A stretch of 64,000 nucleotides of DNA from an uncultured Chitinophaga sp. (GTDB lineage: Bacteria > Bacteroidota > Bacteroidia > Chitinophagales > Chitinophagaceae), in assembly GCF_937898475.1 (NCBI RefSeq), contig NZ_CALEJS010000032.1, forward strand, positions 115,841 to 179,840. The letters run 5' to 3'. The position numbers and the translations under genes were made by a program. The notes beneath the pieces were generated by a model that saw nothing but the letters and a program-made list of their open reading frames with translations, was not told the origin of the DNA and ran no database searches. This document shows, in pieces, positions 18,486-27,300 of this stretch; the stretch's first letter is position 1, and each line of letters opens with the position of its first letter.

Positions 18486-18659
18486 TTATCGCAGAGCAGC
18501 ATGGATATCATCTCTTTCCAACATTGGATGCTGTTCCAGTACCTCATCCTCCGTCATCCCGTTAGCCGGCATTTCAGGGATATCGCCTACAGGAAACCGC
18601 ATACAGCGTATGGTTGGCTTCCCGCCCAATAAGCCGGGCTTAAGCGTGATACGTTCCAG
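18486..18659 (-). pseudogene. DUF433-like (antitoxin-like) gene remnant lacking a start codon
   Basis: The reverse-strand frame directly after the mgtC stop reads LERITLKPGLLGGKPTIRCMRFPVGDIPEMPANGMTEDEVLEQHPMLERDDIHAALR*. This matches the DUF433 pattern (I.PE.C.GKP.IRGTR.PV...L..G....EIL..YP.L..EDI.AAL) from memory. There is no ATG/GTG/TTG upstream because the mgtC TGA is the preceding in-frame codon. Confidence 0.45.
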
Positions 18660-19346
18660 TCACATCGCCGCAAAATTTACCGACTGCACACCTTCCAGCT
18701 TCCTCAACTCATCTATCGCCCCCATGATCTTCTGCTGTACTGTAGATTTATCCAGCACAATCTCCATCTCTTCCATCAGCTCTTTATCATGCTGTATAAG
18801 GGTGATCTCGCCAATGGCAACGCCATGATCTTCCAGTAACAGGGAAACGTCTTTTACCGACAGTGCGGCGTGCTGAAAATGAATACGGATACTGAGGTCT
18901 TTCTTATCTGTACTGAAAAACCGGGTCTCTATCTTTTTTACACCGATAAGTACAAGCAGGGTAATGAAGGTAGTGGCTACAGCCGCCGCATACATGCCGC
19001 CGCCTACTGCCAGGCCGATAGCGGCAACCGTCCATAGACCAGCGGCGGTGGTAAGGCCGTATATGGCCTTGCGTTTCCTGAAAAGAATAGTGCCGGCGCC
19101 TATAAAGCCAATGCCGCTGATCACCAGCGAGGCTATACGAGAGGGATCGAGGATCACCCCATCATGTCCGAGTATATCATCAAAGCCGAAGGAAGAAACG
19201 ATCATGGCCAGCGTGGAACCCAGGCATACCAGCATATGGGTACGTAAACCAGCGGCCCATTCCAGCTTTTCGCGGTCTATTCCTATGAGGCCTCCTAATA
19301 TGGCAGACAGCAACAGGCGTAGAATGATCTCATAAGTGCTTAACAT
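18660..19346 (-). CDS. mgtC: MgtC/SapB-family membrane protein
   Basis: The N-terminus LRLLLSAILGGLIGIDREKLEWAAGLRTHMLVCLGSTL is typical of MgtC, and an ACT-like domain follows at the C-terminus. Confidence 0.88.
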   Translation of the reverse strand: MLSTYEIILRLLLSAILGGLIGIDREKLEWAAGLRTHMLVCLGSTLAMIVSSFGFDDILGHDGVILDPSRIASLVISGIGFIGAGTILFRKRKAIYGLTTAAGLWTVAAIGLAVGGGMYAAAVATTFITLLVLIGVKKIETRFFSTDKKDLSIRIHFQHAALSVKDVSLLLEDHGVAIGEITLIQHDKELMEEMEIVLDKSTVQQKIMGAIDELRKLEGVQSVNFAAM

Positions 19347-19383
19347 GGTTTATGCAGTTTATGAATAAACCATTACAAATAGA

Positions 19384-20106
19384 CTACCAATCTTTTTCTA
19401 CACGTACCTGCTGACCTTTGGCTTTTTTCAGTTTGTCCTGGAGTTTTTTCTCTTCCTGGTTCAGGGCCTGTAACAGGCGTTCAGCTTCTTCCCTGTCCAG
19501 TTTGCTGGGCTGGGACTGAGGCTTGTTCTGGTCCTGCTGTTCCTTGTCTTTATCCTGTTGCTGGTCCTGTTTGTTCTGTTTGTCTTTGTTCTGATCCTTG
19601 TTCTGCTCCTGTTTTTTCTTGTCCTGCTTATCCTTGTTATCTCCGCCGCCGCCCTGCTGTTGTTTCTTCAGCATGGCCTGCGCGTATGCCAGGTTGTAGC
19701 GGGCTTCTTCGTCGGCAGGGTTCAGTTTCAGTGCCTGTTTATAGGATTTGATGCTCTCTTCCCATTTCTTGGCCTCCATGTAGGTATTGCCTATGTTGTA
19801 ATTGGCGTCGCTTTTGGTGGTTTTGTCGGCAGCTATTTTAGCACTGTTGGCATATTGTGTACGTGCCGCATCAAATTTTTTCTGACCGTACAGGGAGTTA
19901 CCCAGGTTATAATGCCCTACGTCTGACTGCTGGTTCTGTTGCAGGGCCTTTTTATAGTTGGCCTCCGCATCGGTAAACTGCTGTTTCTGATACAGCTCGT
20001 TGCCCTTGCGGATGTACTTTTTGCCGCTCTGCGCAAATGCTCCGGCGCTGATAGCCAGGAATGCGCCAAGGGCCAGTATACGATATGTTATTGTAGATCG
20101 CTGCAT
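19384..20106 (-). CDS. TPR-repeat protein, BatC-like
   Basis: A signal/anchor is followed by TPR repeats (GNELYQKQQFTDAEANYKKAL...) and then a low-complexity K/Q/D-rich tail. It lies immediately downstream of a Bat-type VWA gene. Confidence 0.7.
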   Translation of the reverse strand: MQRSTITYRILALGAFLAISAGAFAQSGKKYIRKGNELYQKQQFTDAEANYKKALQQNQQSDVGHYNLGNSLYGQKKFDAARTQYANSAKIAADKTTKSDANYNIGNTYMEAKKWEESIKSYKQALKLNPADEEARYNLAYAQAMLKKQQQGGGGDNKDKQDKKKQEQNKDQNKDKQNKQDQQQDKDKEQQDQNKPQSQPSKLDREEAERLLQALNQEEKKLQDKLKKAKGQQVRVEKDW

Positions 20107-20108
20107 GA

Positions 20109-21137
20109 TTATTCTTTAACGAGGGTGACCACTTCTTCTTCCTTGCTGCGTTTTACTTCCGGGATAAAGAATTCTGCCACGATCAGGATCAGGCAGGCGG
20201 CCAGGAAGTAGTAAAAATAACTATTATAGTCTGTAAAGATATTTTCTCCGAATTCTTTCTGTTCCATCCCGTCTATCTTGCTAACAATGGTATTAACCAC
20301 TTCTTCGGTATTATTATCCAGGTGGGTGTATACCCCTTTACCTGCGGAAGCTACGGCTTTCAGCTCTGTTTCGTTCAGTTTGGAGATGATCACATTACCT
20401 TCCTTGTCTTTCTTCGGACCACCCGTCTCAGGGTCGGGCAGGGGAGATCCGTTGGGAGAGCCTACGCCTACGGTGCTGATCACCACGCCGTCTTCAAAGG
20501 CGGCCCTGGCTTTCTGCAGGGAGCCGGCGTCATGATCTTCCCCGTCAGAGATCAGTACAAGGGCTTTATGTTTGCGTTCTTTCTTGTTGAAGGCATCGTG
20601 GCTTACCTGAATAGCCTGGGAGAGGGCAGTACCCTGGGTGGGGATCATGTCCGGGCTCACAGTGCTGAGGTACATCCTGGCGGCAGAGTAGTCAATGGTC
20701 AGCGGCATCTGGAGGTAAGCATTACCTGCAAATACCACCAGGCCTACACGGTCGTTATCCAGTTTGTCCATCAGTTTGGTAATAAGCTGTTTGGCGCGGG
20801 TAAGGCGGTCTGGCTTCACATCGCCGGCCAGCATACTTTTACTTACGTCCAGGGCAATCACCACATCTACCCCTTTGCGGGTGATCTTATCCATACGGCT
20901 GCCTTTCTGCAAATTGGCCAGGCCAACTACCCCCAGGAAGAAGGCAAAGAACAGCAGGAAGAACTTCAGTACAAATAAGCGGCGGCTATAGCCCAGGAAG
21001 AGCTTTTCCACCAGGGCAGGGTCGCCCAGCTTGCGGATAGAGCGGCGTTTCCACCAGGAAACACTGATAAATGCCAGCTGCAGCACCAGCAGCAATACGA
21101 GGCCCCATAAGTATTCACTATGCTGAAAACGTAACAT
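20109..21137 (-). CDS. VWA-domain membrane protein, BatA/BatB-like
   Basis: The track ORF is 20109..21164 (GTG). I prefer the ATG at 21137 (MLRFQHSEYLWGLVLLLVL, a typical Bat N-terminus). The VWA MIDAS is present (VVIALDVSKSM) and there is a C-terminal TM. Confidence 0.8.
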   Translation of the reverse strand: MLRFQHSEYLWGLVLLLVLQLAFISVSWWKRRSIRKLGDPALVEKLFLGYSRRLFVLKFFLLFFAFFLGVVGLANLQKGSRMDKITRKGVDVVIALDVSKSMLAGDVKPDRLTRAKQLITKLMDKLDNDRVGLVVFAGNAYLQMPLTIDYSAARMYLSTVSPDMIPTQGTALSQAIQVSHDAFNKKERKHKALVLISDGEDHDAGSLQKARAAFEDGVVISTVGVGSPNGSPLPDPETGGPKKDKEGNVIISKLNETELKAVASAGKGVYTHLDNNTEEVVNTIVSKIDGMEQKEFGENIFTDYNSYFYYFLAACLILIVAEFFIPEVKRSKEEEVVTLVKE

Positions 21138-21237
21138 ATGGCTCAAATATAAATTTTTTGCCACGTTTTACAGAGCAGATATACTGGGTTTTAGGAAATT
21201 TTAACAGGCATGGGGCCTGCTGCAGGCGGTTTGGGAC

Positions 21238-22059
21238 CTATTTGAGGCCTTTAAAATAGCCTTCTTCCTCCAGGATGCTTTTCAGGATGTTCAGGCGAAC
21301 ATCGCGCTGGGGGCTTTCCAGGTTCGGGTCTTCAGACTCGATGTTCAGCACAAAAAAGGTAGGACGCCCGTTCTCTTCCACCCAGCCGGCCAGCCAGCCT
21401 ATTTTTTTAGGGCCGGCAATACCCCAGCCGGATTTATAGCTCAGTTCGTATTTACCTGTTTTTTCCATCAGCATGATGGCGCGCACCCATTGCATGGTGC
21501 TTTTACGGAAGGGCAGCTGGTCAAAATAGAGCATTTTCACAAAACCCAGCTGCTCATCCGGGGATATCTGGAGAGAGTTGTCCAGCCAGAAAGTGTCTAC
21601 CCGGCTGATCTTCATGTTACCGTATTTAATGGAATCCAGCCATTTCTGCATGGTATCCTTGCCAATGCGGCGGGCTACCTCCTGGAAATAGGGCACGGAT
21701 GACAGGCGGAAAGCCTGCTGCATGCTCAGATCCTGGTTCCAGGCAGAATCCCCGCGGGTGATGCCGTCCCATTTGATCACCATGGCGGTATCCCTGATCA
21801 CCCCGGTTTCCAGGCCTACCAGGGCATTGAATATCTTAAAAGTGGATGCGGGCAGAAAACGTTCCTTGGCCCGGTCCAGGTTATATACCTTGAAAAGGCC
21901 CTTGCTGTTGTCATACAGCATAAAGCAGCCTTCCACCTTATACGCGGCAAAGTACTTTTCCCAGTTCTTTTCCTCTTTTACATTGTTGGGCGCGCAGGCA
22001 TTGATCAGTATGGTTGCCAGCAGTAAGATCCAGCCGAAACGTTTCATCAGTATAGTCAT
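21238..22059 (-). CDS. Class D (OXA-type) beta-lactamase, probable lipoprotein
   Basis: All class D motifs appear in order: STFK (PASTFKIFNAL), SxV (SSV), YGN (IKYGNM), a conserved Trp (FWLDNSL) and KSG (YKSGWG). The N-terminal signal carries the LINAC lipobox. 273 aa. Confidence 0.85.
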   Translation of the reverse strand: MTILMKRFGWILLLATILINACAPNNVKEEKNWEKYFAAYKVEGCFMLYDNSKGLFKVYNLDRAKERFLPASTFKIFNALVGLETGVIRDTAMVIKWDGITRGDSAWNQDLSMQQAFRLSSVPYFQEVARRIGKDTMQKWLDSIKYGNMKISRVDTFWLDNSLQISPDEQLGFVKMLYFDQLPFRKSTMQWVRAIMLMEKTGKYELSYKSGWGIAGPKKIGWLAGWVEENGRPTFFVLNIESEDPNLESPQRDVRLNILKSILEEEGYFKGLK

Positions 22060-22364
22060 TTGTCGGCTGCAAAAGTAGTAAATCAGGCAATAGGTTTACG
22101 ATAAGATTAGGCGCGGCCTTCTGGGCGCCGCCGGCATATTTATGGTAGTTTTTAGGGCGATACCATGCAAATACCAGATAGATATCTGGCACAGCCGCTG
22201 ATATTCCCTATCTTATAAGGAAGGGATGAACAAGGGATCAGTAAGGAATCAATAAGGGCTTATAAAGGAAATATCTCCTATCAAACATAGAACTGTACAA
22301 GGTTTCAGGCTGAAAACCAGTAAAAGGCCGCATGGGATGGGCATGGAGGGGACTAAAGCAGGAA

Positions 22365-22398
22365 AGCCGGTCAACAGCAGATTGCTGCCTGACCGGCT
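22365..22398 (-). terminator. Probable terminator downstream of kbl
   Basis: A 9-bp stem, agccggtca / tgaccggct, encloses a nested stem (cagca/tgctg). It lies 34 nt after the kbl stop on the - strand. Confidence 0.45.
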
Positions 22399-22431
22399 CC
22401 CGTTTTAATTGGTTGGCAATATGTTATGCCC

Positions 22432-23631
22432 TTAAGCCAGGGTCTTTTTAATCACGTTCAGCTCGGTGCCTATCTTGGTAAAGGCGGCAATAGCCTTGTC
22501 AAGGTGCTCCTGTTCATGGGCGGCGCTCAGCTGTACCCTGATGCGGGCCTGGCCTTTTGGCACCACCGGGAAGAAGAAGCCGATCACATACACCCCTTCC
22601 TGCAGCAGTTTGTCTGCAAACTGTTGAGCCAGTACGGCATCGTACAGCATTACGGGTACAATGGGATGATCGCCGGGTTTGATATCGAAACCGGCTTCGG
22701 TCATTTTGGTGCGGAAGTATTGGGTGTTGTACTCCAGCTTATCACGCAGGGCCGTGGTTTCGCTGAGCATATCCAGTACGGCGATGGAGGCGCCTACAAT
22801 GCTGGGGGCCACGGAGTTGGAGAACAGGTAGGGGCGGCTGCGCTGGCGCAACATATCGATCACTTCCTTACGGCCGCTGGTAAAACCGCCGGATGCACCG
22901 CCAAGGGCTTTGCCCAGGGTGCCGGTAATGATATCAATACGGCCCATAACGCCCCGGTACTCGTGGGTACCGCGGCCGGTTTTACCCAGGAAGCCGGAAG
23001 AATGACTTTCATCGCTCATTACGATGGCGTTATATTTATCGGCGAGGTCGCAGATCTTGTCCAGCTGGGCAATGGTGCCGTCCATACTGAAAGAGCCGTC
23101 TGTAACGATGATCCGGCTGCGGGCGCCCGCTGCTTCCTGCAGTTTGGCTTCCAGGTCGGCCATGTTATTATGTTCGTAACGGAAACGCTGTGCTTTACAG
23201 AGGCGTACCCCGTCTATAATAGAGGCGTGGTTCAGGGCGTCTGAGATGATGGCGTCCTGTTCGTTGAACAGGGGCTCAAATACCCCGCCGTTGGCATCAA
23301 AGGCAGCTGCATAGAGGATGGTGTCCTCGGTGCCCAGGAATTGGGCAATTTTCTGCTCCAGCTCACGGTGAATATCCTGTGTGCCGCAGATAAAGCGTAC
23401 ACTGCTCATGCCGTAGCCGTGGGTATCTATGGCCTGTTTGGCAGCTGCTATTACCGCCGGGTGGGAGCTGAGTCCCAGGTAGTTATTGGCGCAGAAGTTC
23501 AGCACGGTTTTGCCGCCAACCTGTATCTCGGCCCCCTGGTCGGAGGTAATGATCCGTTCATTTTTATACAGGCCGGCCGTTCTGATCTCGTCCAGTTCCT
23601 GTTGTAAGCGGGTAATAAATTGCTGGTTCAT
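22432..23631 (-). CDS. kbl: Glycine C-acetyltransferase (2-amino-3-ketobutyrate CoA ligase)
   Basis: 399 aa: [38 protein letters not shown]..., with the PLP-lysine context [13 protein letters not shown]. Confidence 0.9.
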   Translation of the reverse strand: MNQQFITRLQQELDEIRTAGLYKNERIITSDQGAEIQVGGKTVLNFCANNYLGLSSHPAVIAAAKQAIDTHGYGMSSVRFICGTQDIHRELEQKIAQFLGTEDTILYAAAFDANGGVFEPLFNEQDAIISDALNHASIIDGVRLCKAQRFRYEHNNMADLEAKLQEAAGARSRIIVTDGSFSMDGTIAQLDKICDLADKYNAIVMSDESHSSGFLGKTGRGTHEYRGVMGRIDIITGTLGKALGGASGGFTSGRKEVIDMLRQRSRPYLFSNSVAPSIVGASIAVLDMLSETTALRDKLEYNTQYFRTKMTEAGFDIKPGDHPIVPVMLYDAVLAQQFADKLLQEGVYVIGFFFPVVPKGQARIRVQLSAAHEQEHLDKAIAAFTKIGTELNVIKKTLA

Positions 23632-23924
23632 ATACGTTACAATTAAGGAATAACAAAGTTATGGCATTAAATGTAGGATGATATCCTGATTTCCAGGGCG
23701 GAATGGCGGTTGGGGGCGGATTTTTTGACCTGCTTGTAACATTTCAGGATGGCTCTCCGTCATAATACTATCATTTACCATGGGAAAATGGGAGGGACGG
23801 CCGCCGGGGTAACCGTTGATGTGTGTAGCGCAACCGGGCATTAAGCTGCGGCAGTCAACTGTAAACTGGTTTTTGGTATTCAAGTAATTGTCGGACATTA
23901 GCACTAAAATCCCGCAGCAACCGG

Positions 23925-24410
23925 ATGACGGAAAAGGAGTACAATAAATGCGTGGACCTGTACGCGGACAACCTCTTTCGCTTCATTGTTAAAAACCTTG
24001 AACACACTGAAGACGCGAGGGATGTGGTACAGAATGCATTTGAAATATTATGGAAGCACTGTAGTGACGTCCCTTTTGAAAAGGCGAAGTCATACCTGTT
24101 TACAGTAGCGTACCATAATATGATCGATCACGTCAGGAAGGTAAAGCGTATTACCCTGGTAGATCAGTTCAAAGAGGAGGAGAAGATATCGGAGCAGCGG
24201 ATCCACAATGCGAAAAATGTACTGGAGCAGGCCCTGAACCGCCTGTCTGAAGTACAACGCTCCCTGGTATTGCTGAAAGATTATGAAGGTTACAGCTATG
24301 AAGAGATCAGCAACATCATGGGCCTGAACCCATCGCAGGTGAAAGTGTACCTGCACCGGGCCAGGATCCATCTTAAAAACTATCTGATAAAAATGGAAAA
24401 CGTCATATAA
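23925..24410 (+). CDS. ECF-type RNA polymerase sigma-70 factor
   Basis: 161 aa. Region 2 (DVVQNAFEILWKH...AYHNMIDHVRK) and region 4 (LKDYEGYSYEEISNIMGLNPSQVKVYLHRAR) are visible. Confidence 0.9.
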   Translation: MTEKEYNKCVDLYADNLFRFIVKNLEHTEDARDVVQNAFEILWKHCSDVPFEKAKSYLFTVAYHNMIDHVRKVKRITLVDQFKEEEKISEQRIHNAKNVLEQALNRLSEVQRSLVLLKDYEGYSYEEISNIMGLNPSQVKVYLHRARIHLKNYLIKMENVI

Positions 24411-24412
24411 AG

Positions 24413-25759
24413 TTGTCTGTAGACATCAACATATCGAATTACGAGGCGTTCCTGCTCAGCTATATCGACGGAGAGCTGAATGGTGAAGAACGTGCAGCGG
24501 TAGACGCCTTCCTGCAGCAACACCCGGAACTGGCAAAAGAACTGGAGCTGCTGAAAGCCACCGTACTACAGCCTGACAGGGCCGTTGTGTTTGGCAACCG
24601 GGAGGTGCTGTACCACAGCACCCAGATCACCACAGAGAATTATGAGACGTTTTTCCTGAGCTTTATTGACGGGGAGCTGAATGCCGCTGAATTACAGGCG
24701 CTGAACGCCTTCCTCCAGAAACATCCGCACCTGCAGCAGGAGCTGGATACCTGGCAGGCCACCCGCCTGCCGGCAGACGAAGCGGGGATGCGCTTTGAGA
24801 ACAAGGAAATGCTGTACCGTCATACAGACACCCTCACCCCCGAAAATTACGAAACATACCTGCTTAGTTATATTGATGGCGAGCTGAGTGAGACCGAGGA
24901 GCAAACGCTGCATGCGTTCCTGCAGGAACATCCCGGGCTACAGGCAACGCTGCAGCTGTTTGAACGTACCCGCTTACAGGCAGATCCGCAGCTGAAGATG
25001 CCTGGTAAGGCAGCTCTTTACAGGAACCGTGGCCGCAGGCTGCATCCCGCCTGGTGGTGGGGCGCGGCTGCCGCTGTAATAGCCGGTTGCCTGGTATGGC
25101 TGCTGCCATTACAGCAGCAGGATGTGCAGACTGCACCCCTGGCATCTGTCAATGAAAAAACACCGGCTGCCGGTAGCACGGCTACACAGCAAATGCAGCA
25201 AGCAGCGCCCGCCCGCCAGCCGGCCAGGATTGACCTGGATGATCAGCCGGTGAAGGAAGCACCCACCCTGGCCAGGAACGCACCCGCAGCCGCAACAGCG
25301 GATGAAACGGCTGCAAAAGCGGGTGAAACCGCTGCAAAAAATACCAGACCTGGGAGAGAAAGGGCTGTACAGCCTTCGGCAGCTGCCGCTCAGCCGGTGG
25401 CCAATAGCAACAACTCAGGCCTGAACAATAATAACAACAGTGCGGGCGTACTGGCCCAGCTGCCACAGCCCAGGGCTACTTCTGAAGAAGTTGTGCAGCA
25501 GCACATGGAAAAAACCATACAGGCCACGGTGCCACCGGTACAGGAAATGGCCACCGTCAATACCGACCCAAGCCCGGTACTGGCTTCTACGCAAACACTG
25601 CAACACATGGCGGCGCCCGAAGCGCAGCCGGCAGCACCGCCTGCTGTGCAGGGAGAGCTGATCATGTCTGTTACCAGCACCAGTGAAAGCCGGCTGCTGA
25701 ACGGTGTAGCCAGTGTGGCTAAATTCTTTTCAAAGAAAAAACGTCACAAATCAGAATAA
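24413..25759 (+). CDS. Anti-sigma-like membrane protein with three tandem N-terminal repeats and an Ala/Pro/Gln-rich tail
   Basis: A TTG start lies 2 nt after the sigma stop. There are three ~68-aa repeats (NYEAFLLSYIDGELNGEERAAVDAFLQQHPELAKELELL / NYETFFLSFIDGELNAAELQALNAFLQKHPHLQQELDTW / NYETYLLSYIDGELSETEEQTLHAFLQEHPGLQATLQLF). A TM follows (WWWGAAAAVIAGCLVWLLPL), then a low-complexity region. Confidence 0.8.
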   Translation: MSVDINISNYEAFLLSYIDGELNGEERAAVDAFLQQHPELAKELELLKATVLQPDRAVVFGNREVLYHSTQITTENYETFFLSFIDGELNAAELQALNAFLQKHPHLQQELDTWQATRLPADEAGMRFENKEMLYRHTDTLTPENYETYLLSYIDGELSETEEQTLHAFLQEHPGLQATLQLFERTRLQADPQLKMPGKAALYRNRGRRLHPAWWWGAAAAVIAGCLVWLLPLQQQDVQTAPLASVNEKTPAAGSTATQQMQQAAPARQPARIDLDDQPVKEAPTLARNAPAAATADETAAKAGETAAKNTRPGRERAVQPSAAAAQPVANSNNSGLNNNNNSAGVLAQLPQPRATSEEVVQQHMEKTIQATVPPVQEMATVNTDPSPVLASTQTLQHMAAPEAQPAAPPAVQGELIMSVTSTSESRLLNGVASVAKFFSKKKRHKSE

Positions 25760-25789
25760 CAGGCAAGGTTCCTTTAATCTTTGTTGAAT

Positions 25790-26725
25790 ATGAAGCATAA
25801 AATTCTACTCTGGATATTGATAATGATGGCAGTAAGGGAGGTGCAGGCGCAATCTGCCGCGCCGGCTCCCACGGCAGATACCATCCAGATCAAAGGCTTG
25901 ATCATTATCAAAGGCAAGGATGCAAGAGGCAAGAACACCTATAAATTCTACAACGATACCACATACGCACGCAATAAGCTTAAAAAGAATCTTCATACCA
26001 AATGGTTTGTAATTGATGTGGGCTTTAATAATTATATAGACCGCAGCGATTATACCGGGGCCAGCGTTATATCCCGCGATGTACGGTATTCCTATGCGCC
26101 CAATGCGCTGACAGCCACCCAGGTGGCCAAATCCTTTGACTATTCTGCTTATGGCCTGAATACTTTTGCGCCGCGCGGCGGCAGTGAGCCTTTAACACCT
26201 GATGAGTTCAAACTGATCACGGGCAAGTCTATCAATGTAAATATCTGGCTCATCCAGCAGCGTCTGAACATCTACAAGCACAAACTGAACGTTATATATG
26301 CATTAGGGGTAGAAATGAATAATTACCGCTATGCGCGCAATATTACCTATGTACCCGGTTATCCTACGCAGATCATACGGGATACCGTTAATTTTTCCAA
26401 GAATAAATTATTTGCCGAGTACCTGAGCGTACCGCTCATGCTGAACTTCAATTCCAACCCTGCAAGGCCGGGCCGTTCTTTTGAACTGAGTATGGGCGTG
26501 ATGGGCGGATACCTGGTAAAATCGCGCACTAAACAGATCAGTGAAGAAAGGGGCAAGATCAAGCGTACAGACGATTTTAACCTGAAACAATGGCGCTTTG
26601 CCTTAACAAGCGAGCTGGCCTACGGCCCGGTAAAACTTTACGGCAATTTTTCACTCACGCCATTGCATGATTACGGCTTAGAACAGTATCCATTTTCCGT
26701 AGGTATACGATTTAATGGGTTTTAG
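25790..26725 (+). CDS. Outer-membrane beta-barrel (porin-family) protein
   Basis: I prefer the ATG at 25790 (MKHKILLWILIMMAVREVQAQ signal). The C-terminus has alternating-hydrophobic beta-strands ending ...FSVGIRFNGF (terminal aromatic). Confidence 0.7.
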   Translation: MKHKILLWILIMMAVREVQAQSAAPAPTADTIQIKGLIIIKGKDARGKNTYKFYNDTTYARNKLKKNLHTKWFVIDVGFNNYIDRSDYTGASVISRDVRYSYAPNALTATQVAKSFDYSAYGLNTFAPRGGSEPLTPDEFKLITGKSINVNIWLIQQRLNIYKHKLNVIYALGVEMNNYRYARNITYVPGYPTQIIRDTVNFSKNKLFAEYLSVPLMLNFNSNPARPGRSFELSMGVMGGYLVKSRTKQISEERGKIKRTDDFNLKQWRFALTSELAYGPVKLYGNFSLTPLHDYGLEQYPFSVGIRFNGF

Positions 26726-26756
26726 TATATCTTTGTAACCAGATCTAATCTTTGAT

Positions 26757-27071
26757 ATGCGTACTTTTATGACCTTTCTGGCATGTACGGGGTTTATTGT
26801 ATGGGCACATTCAAGGGACACAAGAATAATAGGAGTACAACCCCAACCCATACAACAATCTCCGGTTGCCAAACAGTCAGTTGCCAGGCAAGGGCAACAC
26901 TCTATGAGGGACCAATACGTAAGAGAGCTTGTTTCAGCTGCTTCACTGAAAGTAATTGATAACGCTCCTTCCTCCTACCTGGTAACCTTGTTGCACAACA
27001 AGCGTTCCTTCTCCGGCAAGGCCGATTCAATGCTGCTACGCTTCAGGCCACAACAAGTAATACATCAGTAA
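26757..27071 (+). CDS. Hypothetical small protein with hydrophobic N-terminus
   Basis: This 104-aa ORF lies 32 nt after the beta-barrel gene and is followed by a hairpin (27166-27193) and a T-run. I recognise no motif. Confidence 0.35.
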   Translation: MRTFMTFLACTGFIVWAHSRDTRIIGVQPQPIQQSPVAKQSVARQGQHSMRDQYVRELVSAASLKVIDNAPSSYLVTLLHNKRSFSGKADSMLLRFRPQQVIHQ

Positions 27072-27300
27072 TTTATTTGGTAGCTAGATAAATTTATACC
27101 AGTGGTTAATCATTGGCCGTTAGCGCGGAAAGAAACACGCATCAATCACTAACGGCGGGATGAATGCCCGGGAACAGCCAATGTTCCATGGGCAGGGCTT
27201 CTTTTTTCATGATTTTTTACCTTTCCCCCTAAATTCCCTGTTCTCCCGTATACTCTTTTCCATATATTTGGTACGTCACTAAATTTTCAAAAACCACCGT

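Noticed and set aside
19500-19680. Periodic-looking DNA (ctgttt/cttgtt iterations) that could be mistaken for a tandem repeat or CRISPR-like array
   Set aside because: It encodes the K/Q/D-rich low-complexity tail of the BatC-like protein on the - strand. It has no spacer/repeat organisation.
22426-23244. 272-aa + strand ORF overlapping kbl
   Set aside because: It is antisense to kbl, which has the PLP-lysine context and a full-length match. The shadow ORF has no motif.
23659-23904. 81-aa - strand ORF in the kbl / ECF-sigma divergent spacer
   Set aside because: It has no motif, an odd composition and no ribosome-binding context, and it lies where two divergent promoters are expected.
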